Shown here: positions 1 to 12,465 of the stretch, piece by piece | How the letters are laid out: every line of letters begins with the position of its first letter | How positions within the stretch are numbered: position 1 is the stretch's first letter | Origin: Negaprion brevirostris | Taxonomy: Eukaryota | Assembly: GCA_030324005.1 (NCBI GenBank) | Contig: JARDVH010000157.1 | Span: forward strand, 25,298,444 to 25,356,200 | Direction of reading: 5' to 3' | DNA length: 57,757 bases | Made by a program: the position numbers and the translations under genes | The notes under the pieces: generated by a model | Databases searched by the model: none | Told to the model about the DNA's origin: nothing | The model's input: the letters and a program-made list of their open reading frames with translations, nothing else

Positions 1-66
1 CATGATGTGAAGATATCGGCGTTGGACTGGGGTAAGCACAGCAAGAAGTCTCACAACATCATGTTA
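1..66. mobile_element. Truncated end of an abundant shark interspersed repeat (probably Penelope-like)
   Basis: catgatgtg-agat--cggcgttggactggggtaagcacag-aagaagtctcacaaca matches a repeat terminus I recall from shark genomes; family assignment unverified. Confidence 0.4.
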
Positions 67-1103
67 TCCTGGTGTCTTTGATCTGGTATTGAGAGACCCC
101 TTACTGTATTTAACTTTTCCACAACTGGCCCAAAGTACATGCATTTCCATTGGTCAGTGCCAGTTATAGATAAATGTTGCCTCTCCCAGAGCGACAGCAC
201 AGAGTGCTGAATCATTCCATTGCGACTATCCAACGTCAGAAAATCTCACTCTGGAGAGCTGCCAATACCTAATAATTAGGTGGCTCTACAATCTAACCAT
301 GTGAATTTATGGTTAAGGTAGATTGTTTCATCCACAAGTCATTTGCTCAATTAGTTGGGTGTGGATCACATCACATATCGCAGTACTCTGTGCCTTAACT
401 ATATTGTTTTTTCCAGTGAGCTAAGAGTTAAACTGCATCTGCTTTTCGTTAGTCTTATTCTCAGAATTCTGCACAGAAGTGGAATTACCATCAGCTTCAC
501 AAGAAAATTCCAGAGCGAGGCCATATGTGAGATATTTAGCTATTGACCCCAGAGGTCGCTGCCAAACCTAGCACAACACTGGCAACAGGCTCAAATACAC
601 ATCCATATCTATACCAATTTACACGTAACAGCTCTCAGCGATGCCACAGGGTGTATTGCTGATGCTTGCAACTCCATCTGTAAGGAAATTAAAAATGGAA
701 AAGGTTGGAAACAAATAACAGATCTACCAGCTTCTGAACAGAGAAAACAGCAAGTTGACTTTTTTGTGTAGACATCTTTTAATCTGAATCAGGGAATCAA
801 AATGAAAAGTAAAGATAATGCTTGAAAAGTTCAGAATTGCTGTTACAAAGAGACACTTATTAGTGCTGAGCTTGCAAAATAGTTCTCATAATTTTCAAAA
901 CATGCACATAAAATTAAAACAAGCAGCAAATTATGAGTGTTGACTTTGAAGATAAAGAAGAATGGAATAAAGCAAATGCTTGCAGCAATTTCCCATCAAA
1001 TTGACATTGTTAACATTATCATGCACAGATGCTGCCATTGTCTGTCGGTGGGGCCAGAATGACCAAGTCAGGTACACAAACTGACACCCCTACTTCAGTT
1101 GCT

Positions 1104-1335
1104 GAAAATAAATAAAAATGGCAAATGCTAGCAACACTCAGCATGCATCCATGGTGAGGCAAACAGCCAATGTTTCAGCTCTGTGATCTTTCTCCAGAAT
1201 TCTGATGAAAGGTTACAGACCTGAAACATTAGCTTGGTTTCTCTCCCCACGGATGCTGCCAGTCATGCTGAGTATTTTCAGCAATTTTTGTTCATTCTTC
1301 TGATTGCCAGCATTCATGGTATTTTGATTTCATAT
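1104..1335 (+). mobile_element. Palindromic Penelope-like/hammerhead-motif element, copy A
   Basis: Inverted arms around cagaa|ttctg (1195-1204); CTGATGA at 1202-1208 and GAAAC at 1223-1227; similar to copies at 5497, 38976 and 49495. Confidence 0.65.
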
Positions 1336-1719
1336 TATTCAAGTTCATCAATGTTCTCACAGTCTGAGAGAGAATGCCGAGTTGTAATACAGTACTCCCT
1401 CATGAGGCGAGAAAGGAAAAAAAAACGTGGTAAAGCCAATTCCAAAGTCTAGACATGGAATATGACCCTTTGGTTCAAGGAGAAGCAGAGTAGCAAAAGA
1501 CAGGAATGAATGAATTAAAAAGAAAAAGAAAAGTACTCATCAAAAAAATACTGCCAATTCAAGAATCATTTCAATAACTTTCTCTCTATTTGTCTATGTG
1601 CCCTTTGGAGTCTGTCGCCCACATTTCTTGATCAACTAGTTACACTACAAGCATCTAGCTGACAAGTGGCTTGTTCACAAAAATCAGAAAAGGGGAAACC
1701 CTTTCTGGTTAATTATCAC

Positions 1720-2910
1720 CCTTTCAGTCTCCTTTCAATCATCAAACAGATGGAAGGCTTTGTTGACAAATATATTCAAGATGCACTTACTCTGCAACAA
1801 CTTGCTCATTGATATTCAGTTTGGGTTCCACCAGGGCTACTCAGCTCTACACCTCAAGATAGCTTTGGTTTAAAAGTGGAAAAAGAGTTAAATTCCAGAG
1901 GAATTACAAGCAGCAAAGGTTGTATATGTGCATAGATCATTGAGCATGGAGAACACAGTTAACAAAGCATATAGTATCTTGAGCTTTATTAACAGAGGCA
2001 TAGAGTACAAGAGCAAGGAGATTATGCTGAACTTAAGACAGTAGATAGACATCAGGTAGAATGTTGTGTCAAGTTTTGTGTGCCACACTATAAGAAGGAT
2101 GCAAAATCACTGGAGCAAGAAGAGCTTTACAAAAATAGTTCCAGGGATGAGAAACTTCAGTTATGAGGATTGATTGGACATGGTGGGACTGTTCTCTTTG
2201 GATAGAAGGTTAAAAGGAGATTTGATAGAGATGCTCAAAATCATGACGGGGCTGGACAGAATAGAAAGGGAGAAATTGTTGCCGTTTGTAAAAGGATCAA
2301 AAATAAGAGTCCACAGATTTAAAGTGATTTGCAAAAGAAGCAAATGTGACATGAGAAGAAACGTTTTCACAGAGTGGTTAAGGTCTGGAATACGCTGCCT
2401 GGAAGAGGCAGATTTAATTGAGGACATTCAAGAGGGCATTGGACGATTACTTGAATAGAAACAACGTGCAGGGGTGCAGGGAAAAGGCTGGGCAATGGCA
2501 GTAAGTCATGATGCTCGATTGGAGAGCTGGTCCAGACATAACGGGGGTCAAATAGCCTTCTTCTGCAGTGTAACAATTCAGTGATTCTATGAGATGAGAA
2601 TGAATGTCCTTGACATTAAAGCAGCATTTGTCTGAGCATGGCATCAAAGCATCCTAACAAAACTGGAGTCGATGCGAATCAGGGGGAAAACTCTCCACAG
2701 GTTTGATCGTTTAGGACAAAAGGGAATTGTGGTTGTCGAATGTCAGTCATTTCAGTTCCTGGACATCATTACATGGGTTCCTCAATAAGCCCAACCATCT
2801 TCAGATGCTTCATCAATGGCCTCCCTTCAAATAAGGTTGGAATTGGCAATGTTTGTCGACGATTGAAGTGTTTAGTACTGGTTGTAATCCTGATATACTG
2901 AAGCAATCTA
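1720..2910 (+). mobile_element. L2/CR1-group LINE RT fragment ('family B'), split by a CR1 insertion
   Basis: cagtttgggttccaccagggc (QFGF..G) at ~1817; resumes at 2591 with cttgacattaaagcagcattt (LDIKAAF) and atgtttgtcgacgat (FxDD). Confidence 0.75.
1902..2590 (+). mobile_element. CR1 LINE 3' fragment
   Basis: ORF 2174..2458 has GLFSL..RRLKGDLIE..KI..GLDR, the CR1 ORF2 C-terminus; ends in a gattctat-type tail. Confidence 0.9.
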
Positions 2911-3159
2911 GCAGCACGTCACGTTGGTGTCACGAGTCTTATGAGTGACCCATGCCCCTACAAATCAGGTTTAGTCCAGAGAATACATTTGGGCTGTAGA
3001 ACACCAAATAGATAGCTGGTGTTAATAATGGTATTGCAAGCAGAATTAAGTGGCAAGTTAAGAGCTTTAGACAAAAAGGCATTTTAAATGAAATTTTTTT
3101 CCCCTATATTTCTTGATATGAATACACTAAATCAAATTCGTAGTATAATTATATCACCC

Positions 3160-4960
3160 TCTGGAGTGATAGGTAGGAATAACCAGCCCAGAGAACCATG
3201 AACAACCAGAGATATTCAGGATACGAGAAGGAAAAGAAAGGCTTTTAAAAAGTACAAGGGGAGCAAATCAACGGAGGCTTTTGTGAGGTATAAAAGATGC
3301 AGGGTGGAGCTTAAGAAAGCAATTAGGAAAGCAAAGGGAGGATCTGAGAAAGCTCTAGCGGGTAAAAGTAGGGAAAATCCCAAAATATTCTGCAAGTTTA
3401 AGTAGAGAAAGAACAGGGCCCATTAGGTACCAAGCAGGCAAACTGTGGATGGTGCCAGAGGACATTGGTAGAGTGTTTAATGAATATTTCTTGTCTGTCT
3501 TCACCCAAAAGGATGAGGACGATGGTATGGAATCCAGGGAGGAAGACTGTGAAGTTCTTGAGCAAATTAACATAGGGAAGGACAAGGTAATGGAGGTGTT
3601 GGCAGCCTCAAAATCCCCAGGTCCAGATGAATTGTGCCCTAGACTGCTGTGGGAGGCAAGAGAGGAGGTTGCAGGAGCTCGGACCCAAATTTTCAATTCT
3701 TCTTTGGCCACAGGAGAGGTTCCAGAGGTCTGGGGAACAGCTAAAGCTTGATCAGGGATAGTCAACATGGCTTCGTCAGAGGGAGGTCATGCCAACAAAT
3801 TTGACTTTTTTGTTTGAGGTGGTGACCAGGAGACGAGGGTAGTGCAGTCGATGTAGTTTATATGGATTTCAGCACAGCTTTGGCAAGGTCTCACATGGGA
3901 AACTTGTAAAGAAGGTAAATTCACATGGGATACAGGGTAATTTAATAAAGAGGATTCAAAATTGGCTCAGTTGTAGGAGATAGAGAGTGCTGACGGAAGG
4001 CTACTTTAGTGACTGGAAGCTGGTGTCCAGTGGCATACCACAGGGATTTATTTGGGCTCCCTATTATTTGTTATTTATATAAATGACATTGATGACTATG
4101 TGGGGGTAGGATTCGTAAGTTTGCGGATGACACGAAGATTGGACAGGTGAGGAATGCCCAAATGGGCAGATAAGTGAAGATAGAATTTAACCCTGAAAAG
4201 TGTGAGGTGATATACAGGAAGAATTCAATAAATGGTAGGACACCAAGGAGTTCTGTGGAACAAAGGGACCATGTTTGTCCACAGATCTCTGAAAGCAGTA
4301 CGGCATGTTAGTAACATGGTGAAAAAGGTATATGTGATACTTGCCTTTATCAGTCGAGGCATAGATTACAAAAACAGGGAGGTCATGTTGGAGTTGTGTA
4401 GAACTTTGGTGAGGCCACAGCTAGAGTACTGTGTACAGTTCTGGACATGATTGCGCTGGAGGGGGTGCAGAGATGATTCACCACAATGTTGCCTGGATGG
4501 AACATTTAAGTCATGAAGAGAGGTTGCATAGGCTTGGTTTGTTTTCGTTTGAGCACAGAAGATTGAGAAGGCGACCTGATTGAAGTATACAAGATTGAGA
4601 GATATGGACAGAGTGGATAAGGAGCAGCTGTTCCCCTTAGATGGAGGGTCAGTCACGAGGGGACATAGGTTCAAGATGAGGGGCAAAGGGTTTGTTGGGG
4701 GGGGTGGAATGTGAGGAAAANNNNNNNNNNNNNNNNNNNNNNNNNNNNNNNNNNNNNNNNNNNNNNNNNNNNNNNNNNNNNNNNNNNNNNNNNNNCACCC
4801 TTTAAAAAGGTATCTGGATGAGCACTTGGCACATCATAACATTCAGGCCTATGGGCCAAGTGCTGGCAGATGGGATTAGGTGGGAGTTTAGGTGTTTCTA
4901 ATGCGTCAGTGTGGACTTGATGGGCCGAAGGGCCTCTTCTGCACTGTATGATTTTAATTG
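3160..4960 (+). mobile_element. CR1 LINE ORF2 remnant (linker, RT, 3' end), internally deleted
   Basis: NEYFLSVFT, KSPGPD, atggatttcagc (MDFS), aagtttgcggatgacacg (KFADDT), LVRPQLEYCVQFW; stops and frameshifts. Confidence 0.92.
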
Positions 4961-5496
4961 TATAAAGAGGGGTCAGGAAAGAAAATACCTTAAGGAATTG
5001 GAGAAATATGAAAAAACAGAACAATGTCAAAGGAAGTCAATCTCAAACTACTTTGCAGAACCATAGATCATAATTAGTAATATGTAAGTTTTGATTCTTT
5101 TACAACAGTTAGGTCTATCCTGGAATCTGACTTGTACTTGAAAAAATGATAACTTAAAATCTGAGTTTCTTTATGACACAAAGCCATGAAAGAAAAGAAA
5201 AATTGGTGTAGAGTAAAATAAAACAACACTAATAACAATACCACACTCAAGTAACTGTAAGCAGACTAATTAACTCCAATGTCTCACTTTTTTTTATCTT
5301 TGAACTACATGTACAATCCTGTTTTCTTTCACCATCAATAATTTTACATGTTTAGCAAATCAATGGCATAGTGCATCTAAACTGTATGACTTAATTCCAC
5401 CACATTACCTCATTGACCTCCATTTCCCAACACCAGTCAGCTAAAGCCAGATAAAGACTGCCTGCCTGGCAACCACATAACTAATCAACATATTAG

Positions 5497-5630
5497 ATAA
5501 AAGCAAAATACTGTGGATGTTGGAAATCCGAAATAAAAACAGAGAATGCTTGTTGAACTCAGCAGGTCTAGCAGCATCAGTGGAGTGAGAAACTGAGTTA
5601 ATGTTTTGAGTCCGTATGACCCGTCTGCAG
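5497..5630 (-). mobile_element. Single-arm copy B of the palindromic Penelope-like element
   Basis: Same arm sequence as the other copies; flanked by atattag at 5490-5496 and 5631-5637. Confidence 0.65.
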
Positions 5631-6098
5631 ATATTAGCTGGTCTATAATCCTGTCAAGAGTGATGCATTGTTTCATGGAGGACTTCAAACATTTCCATGC
5701 CATCTGATGACTGCAGTTACACTCAGAGGCAAACACCACAGCTATAATTTTCTCAAAAGGCACACCACAGCCATGACTGTTTCAAATTAGTGGAACATTC
5801 AGATCTTTGAACATAGCGAAATCCTTTAAAATGGAACACCCAAACAAAAGACGTTTGTAGCAGCAACAAATCACATGATGAATTATCAGCACACAATTTA
5901 TTTGATACAGATATTCTATTCCCTTTCGATAAAACACTGCATTCTGAATTCCTGAAGACAATANNNNNNNNNNNNNNNNNNNNNNNNNNNNNNNNNNNNN
6001 NNNNNNNNNNNNNNNNNNNNNNNNNNNNNNNNNNNNNNNNNNNNNNNNNNNNNNNNNNNNNNNNNNNNNNNNNNNNNNNNNNNNNNNNNNNNNNNNNN

Positions 6099-6338
6099 CT
6101 GGGTTCAATTTCAACCTCGGGTCACTGTCTGCGCGATCTCCCCATGTCTGCATGGGTTTCCTCCAGGTGCTCTGGCTTCTTCTCACAATCCGAAAGATGT
6201 GGTTAGGTACATTGGCCATGCTAAATTCTCCCTCAGCATACCCGAACAGGCGCTGGAGTGTGGCAACTCAGATTTTCACAGTAATCTCATTGCAGCGTTA
6301 ATGTAAGTCTACTTGTGATCAATAAATAAATAAAATAA
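6099..6338 (+). mobile_element. V-SINE with gtaagcctacttgtga...aataaa tail
   Basis: B-box gggttcaattt followed by V-domain ctccccatgtctgcatgggtttcctccaggtgctc; 5' end lost in the N gap. Confidence 0.85.
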
Positions 6339-6522
6339 GTTCCAGGTCTGTGCAGAGTTAGCTGATCTTAACTAGTATGGCCCGACATGCTGAAACTGGA
6401 CTCAGAGCCTCGGAACTAAAGTAAAGTCAATCAGAGTTAATAAAAAAGAATTCTGGGATGGATCAGATTTCCTGGTCCCTTATTGCTTTAACAAATGGTA
6501 GTTAGTAAGGTAAACATCTTAC

Positions 6523-6703
6523 TGCTTGTCCCTCTATGGCTGCTCTCTGTCGCCCCAGGACGTCTTGCAACTGCGCGAAGTTCTGAATAAACGCCACCAC
6601 CTCAGCCTGGAAGCGCTGGGTGTGCACGTACTGCACTGATGCCATTTGAAGACTCACTCTCATGTCACAATCGCGCTTCAGCTTCGGATCTGCTCCACCA
6701 TAC
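6523..6703 (-). CDS. VPS13D: VPS13D exon ~24 (181 nt), YGGADPKLKRDCD...RAAIEGQA
   Basis: aaccag|G acceptor, GCA|gtaaga donor, phase 2-0. Confidence 0.96.
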
Positions 6704-6769
6704 CTGGTTTTGGACATCAAGAATTACCTTACTCATCAAAAACTTGCATTTGGCATTTCTCAAAAGTAC

Positions 6770-7220
6770 TCATGGACAGCAAACCAAAGTCAAAGATAGT
6801 AGGAAGGATGACTTAGCTTGGTTAACAAGATGAGGGAGGTAGAAAGGTTTAGGAACAGAATTCCAAAGCTTAGATCGGAGGTAGCTGGCGGCACTGTAAC
6901 CAATGATAGGGCAAAGGAAGGTGGGGATGATGCACTAGATACCAGAGGAATTGAGAGTTTGGGAATGCATAGTAATGCTGGTGTGTGATACAGAGAAAGG
7001 GAGACAACAAGGACATGAAGGATTTGAACACAAGGATGAGAATTTTAAATGTGTTTAGAACTGGTAACCAAGGTAGTTGAGCAGGGGCAGGGGTGATGGA
7101 TAATAGACAAGTCTAATTTGTTAAGAGACAGAATTAGGGTCAACAATCTTGGATCAGCTGGTGTTTATGGAGGGGGATGGTGGTAATAGCCAAGTTTCGC
7201 AGTTAGGAGGGCATGGGCTA
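6770..7220 (-). mobile_element. L2-type LINE 3' fragment
   Basis: Purine-rich gaaaggtttaggaacagaattccaaagcttag...ggcac...ccaatg pattern shared with 25380-26160 and 40270-41900. Confidence 0.65.
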
Positions 7221-7789
7221 CATACACTTACCAATGCTTTATAGATGCTCAAGGTGTGAAAATTATGAGGTAAGTTATTTTTTAAGTACAATTGCAACAT
7301 TAGACTCCATTCCAGCTGTACTGAAGATATTTTACTTGAGGCAAAAGAAACTCTTAAGATCAGTAGCAGTTTTTTTTAATATACGATGAGTCAATCAGGA
7401 TTTAATAGCAGCTGTATTTTGTCCCCTCAAGCTCTCATGCTCATTACAATCCTCCACCTGCAATCTGCCTTTTACATTTTTTTATTGCCAACACTGTTCT
7501 GGTACAGAACATTGTGTGAAGTAGAATGGGGATGTTTTGATCTCCCTTTTAAACCTTTCTCTTGGACTCTGTACAATGAATGGGACAAACCTTCTAACTT
7601 CCTATGGAATCATGGATATATTACAGTAATAAAGACCCAGAGCTTTGGCCAACAAAATAATATGCCAAAACCCAACTGGAGATTTTTCTTATTTTATTTA
7701 CAAAGAACCCAGAAAAAATACTTATAGCATTCGTTGAGCAAGATAAAAGTCAATACAACAAGTGCGTGCACACACACACAAATGCATAC

Positions 7790-7916
7790 TTGTAAATGTT
7801 GAACACAAGTGCTTCTTTGCCGCTAGTGGTAAAACGTTCCCTGTAAAGCTCTCCATGAGGCGTCAGATCACTGAGGGAAAGACTGCCGAGACTGCCTTGT
7901 AGAGCAAAGTCCCCAT
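7790..7916 (-). CDS. VPS13D: VPS13D exon ~23 (127 nt), DGDFALQGSLGSLSLSDLTPHGELYRERFTTSGKEALVFNIY
   Basis: gtacag|AT acceptor, AA|gtatgc donor, phase 1-2. Confidence 0.96.
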
Positions 7917-8689
7917 CTGTACAATATAAATATAGTCACAATTAGCAAACCAAAGGCAGACCCCTACAGATCGATCAATATAGCAATTCAGAATAGGAAG
8001 AAAATTTGTTCAGCTTCCATCATATATAAACAGAATGGGAAATCAGACACTGAGCACAATAATATTCCATAATCCAACATCCTTCAATTTTCAAAATTAG
8101 GGTCAGAGGGATTTACTTAGGGTATATTTCTCCCAGCTTCCATCCTAGCTATCTAATAATGGATTCAGGACTCCATTCTCTGTCCAGTAACAAAAACCTC
8201 CGGATCAACGCAGCTACCATTAAGAAATGCTAATATTCCCTCCTCTATTTCAAGCATTTTGCTTTTAATTTGAAAAGAAACATTTCTCCTGCTAGCAACC
8301 TTCACGGTGGGCAGAACACATTATCTTCTCATTGTACCATCCCATTGTAATGAAGCACAGACATGGAACTCAATGGAATAGAGACTGAAATTTTGTCCCA
8401 TCATTCTGAGTTGCAGCATACGAGTGTTTCTCATGGAACAAGCAATTCCAAATCAGTGATAACTTTAGTAGAAACGTGACAGACATAAGGAAGTAATCAA
8501 CAATGGATTATTTCACAGTAAATTCATTACAGTGTTAATATAAGCCTTACTTGTGACTAATAAATAAGCTTTAAAAAAGTTAGAAACTAATACTGACTAA
8601 GTGAAACATTGTACATAAAGTTTGCTCCAGAATATTGATGGAGTAATCAAGCTATGTTGTATTTTTATTACATTGCAGAAACCGACAAA

Positions 8690-9000
8690 AGTAGTTCACC
8701 AAATATTAATTACTTGTTTGCACACAGCAAGATTCCTCAAAGATCAGTGAGATGAATGATCAGTTAATCTGTTTTTGGTCATGTAGCGGAAGGAGAAAGA
8801 TTAATCAGGATAATGAAACAACTCCCCATATCTGCCAGAAATAGTGCCACGGGATCTAACTGAACAGCAGACAATGCCTTGGTTTAATGTTTCTTCAGAA
8901 GGGTAACAATGACACTGTAACACTCCTTTAGCACTGCAATAAAGCACCCAACTACCTTACTTGCTCAACACGAGATGAGGCATGAACCCAAAGACTAACT
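8690..9000 (-). mobile_element. DeuSINE-like (SacSINE1/AmnSINE1-type) SINE
   Basis: aaatagtgccacgggatct...cttggtttaatgtttc...cactcctttagcactgca resembles the Deu domain in reverse. Confidence 0.65.
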
Positions 9001-9419
9001 AGTCGTTCATCACATTGTCCTTTGTCAAATCTTCACTATTTGGCCTCGTCCCGAGGCTCTCTAACACAGAAGTCAGAGTCCAGAAAATGCAGTTCTATGT
9101 ACAGGACATTATGCAGCAGCTCAGAGTAATGGGCCAGGAAAAGGTTTGAGCCCTGATAACAACCCAAATGTAGTCCTGAAGATCTGTTCATCTCTATAAT
9201 CTTTTCACTACAGCAATTAAAATAGCATTTACCCAATGCAGAAAATTTCTCAGCCATGCCCTATCTACATGAAACAAATCTAACAGTACCAATGATCACC
9301 CACTAGACTTCTCCAAACCATCAGTGAAATAATGTCAGGAACCATGAAAGGTTTCTGCACCCTAGTACAGGTTCCACCAGAATCACTGAGCTCCTGACTT
9401 CACTACAGTTCAGGCATTG

Positions 9420-10580
9420 ATAAAAACACAGAGTGGTAAGAGCAGCTGCCTATAATATGCAGGCAGCATTTGACCAGTGCACCTCAAAACACAGGTTAAT
9501 GAAGATGAGGGCCAATGGAAAGCTATCCATTAAAATTGGATTGTAACCTGAACAGAAGGTGGTTGCCATCATCATAGATCTGATATTAATGCACTAAAGC
9601 ACAAGTCATTCAGGAAAGCATTCTCAGCCCCATTATCGTCAGCTCTTCAAAAATTACTTTCCCTCTATCCTAATGCCAGGGATAGATCTGCTTATTGATA
9701 ATTCCAGTGTTCATGTTTCTGATAATGAAGCAGCGCATGCTGGCCCAAAGCAGGACCTGGATAATATCCAGATTTGGGCTCACATATTTTACATAACATT
9801 CATACCATGTGAGTGGCAGACAATAATCATCTTGAAGTGGTGGAAGCCCAGTCTTACCCCTCAACCTTTGATGGCATCATCGCTGCTGAATTCACCACCA
9901 ACATTTTGGGAGTCACTACTCACAAGAACATGCAAGTCAGCGATACTCATACTGGGGCTGTGAAAGCAGAGTGGAGGCTGGACACTCTGCAGCAACTAGC
10001 TAGGTTCCTGATTTCTCGAAGCTTGAATGAGTACATGGGAAGATGTTGACATTATGGAATTGTCACTGGACTAGAAACTGATTGTTGTAAAAACCCATCT
10101 GGTTCACAAAGGTCCTTTAGGGAAGGAAATTTGCCACCCTTACCTGGTCTGGCCTACATGTGATTCTAGATGCACAGCAATGGTTGACTCTTAACTGCCC
10201 CCTCAAGGGCAATTAGGGATGGGTAATAAAGGCTGGCCCAAATAGCAACACCCATGTCCCATGAACAAATAAAAGAAGATACAAAATGCCAAGGAACACA
10301 GTGGTTCACATGACTGGTGCCTGTCTATTGCTGGCTAGCAATCTACAGAATGCAAATACAGCAACTTTGAAAACATTGTCCTACCATTGATGTCTATCAC
10401 CAAGACATCAACAAGATCAAAAGCAGCAGGATAATGGGAATATCAACACCTCAAAGTTACTTACAATCCTGAGTTGGACATACAACATTGCTTCTTTATT
10501 ATTCCTGGTGTTCCTTACTTAAATCTATTGTGGAAGCATCCACCCTACAAGATATAATAGTTCAAGAAGATAGGCCACCA
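9420..10580 (+). mobile_element. Family B LINE fragments with an embedded tail-sharing SINE (~10050-10275)
   Basis: QDLDNIQIWA...ITF.P peptide in ORF 9673..9963; SINE core aaaacccatctggttcac...agggcaattagggatggg. Confidence 0.7.
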
Positions 10581-10858
10581 TCAAGTACCAGGGCACACAG
10601 CTTCAAGGTCGAGGGGGAAAGTTTAAGGAGATGTGCAGGGGGTGTTTTCACACAGAGAGTGGTGGGTGCCTAGAACACGCTGCCAGAGGTGGTGGAGGAA
10701 GCAGGCACATAAGAGGCATCTGGATGGGTACGTGAATAGGGAGGGAATAGACGATCAAGTAGGGGCAGGAAATTTTTTTTTTAGTTTAGTTTGGGTATCA
10801 TAATCAGCTTAGAGGGCTGAAATGCCATTTCCTGTGCTGTACTTTTCCTTGTTCTTTG
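10580..10858 (+). mobile_element. CR1 3' end
   Basis: tttcacacagagagtggtgggtgcctagaac (FTQRVVGAWN-like) plus 3' UTR. Confidence 0.85.
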
Positions 10859-11849
10859 ACAACTTCATATGCCAGTACGTCCAGGGATGTCAACAATCAG
10901 AATACTTTTAAAAAAATGTTAAGCCTTGCATACTGACCGATTAGCAGCATTTCAAAGAAACTCATTGACTGAATATTTGATTAATTATTCCAACAACTGC
11001 TACAATTTTCAACCCAAGTACACGAAGATATACCTGAAAGTTCTGACTTTGTATAAACTGATCGATTTTGTTGATGTTTCTACAACGAAAGATCCATTTA
11101 AAGACAAAGCCCTAGATTCTTAGATGCTTAATCACAAATGGGTAAACTAATTGGCAGATTATCATAGAATTATAGAGATTTACAGCATGGAAAGAGGCCC
11201 TTTGGCCCAACTTGTCCATGCCGCCCTTTTTTTTAGTTTAAAACATGAGGACAAAATCTCCAGTAAACTTACAATGATGTAGCCAAAAGTCTTATGGTTT
11301 AATAAAAAAACTATTCTCTGAAGGCACTTGGGGATAGGGATTGTGCTAAAGTACAATTTTTTTTCTCCTTTAATACATTTACTCAATTGGGATTGAAACA
11401 AAGTGGTTGGATGACACCTAGTGGTGGAACATTTCAAACTGAAAACTGCATACAGCATACTCTCATCGTGAAGGCAATGTGCACATAGGCTGCACACTGC
11501 TTCTCGAGAGGAACACAGAGATTGCTTGGCATCAACGTGCCCACACTGATCACCTGAAATACACACTACTATCTGTTTAGTCAGTAGAATGGAGCAAATG
11601 GACAGAACTGACTAATAAACGGTTTGGCGAATGTGGGTTAAGATGATCATGTTGCAGGGATATTTACCCTCCTGGCAGTGGCTTGGGACAGGTGTTGTTT
11701 GAACTTCCTGGAATGGGTGCAGAGATATCCTGTTATTCATCAGTTCTGGTTGGAAGCCAACTGTCTCCCAATTGATTTGGAAATACAGCTGTTTTGGCTA
11801 TATTTGTTGTGGAGATGAACACACACTGCCACTGGGGGTTTGTGGGAGG

Positions 11850-12090
11850 AAATTTTTAAAAATTCATTCAAGGGATGTGGGTAGAATTTATTGTTTATCC
11901 CTAATTGTTCTTGAGGTGCTGGTAAGCTGCCATCTTGAACTCCTGCAAGCCATGTGGTGTAGGTGCATCCACGGTGCTGTTAACAAGGCAATTCCAGGAT
12001 TGCAGTAACAAGGAAGGGATGGCAATATAGTTCAGGATAGTGTGTGGCTTGGAGGGAAACCCTCCAAGTGGTGGTGTCCCCATGGGATGA
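11850..12090 (-). mobile_element. Family B LINE 3' end
   Basis: Minus-strand WNCL.NS.V...TPHGLQ.FK peptide; homologous to 54020-54260. Confidence 0.8.
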
Positions 12091-12465
12091 CAGTAAAAAA
12101 GGAGAACCTACTTTTTCCACAAATAATTTTAAAAACAGCTCCTCTACGCAAGACTTGTGGATTACAATGCATAATTCATGTGCCATTCTAAATTAACTCT
12201 TTCCCATCGTTCAATGAGGAAAATCTACCCCCTCTTAACTAATAGATGTTTGCAGGGAAAATGGCCATTCCGCCCATCAGACCATTAATGGACCTTTACT
12301 AGAACGATCAACTGTCTTTCTGGCCTCCAGTGGAAGTACTCCCATCATCTCAACTTTCTCCTTTCAGGTAGAATCTCATGCTCCCTTGGTATCATCATAG
12401 TGAATTAATACTTTATAATCTCTGATTTTAATATCTTTTCCAATAACAGATCTCAAAATTGCAGT

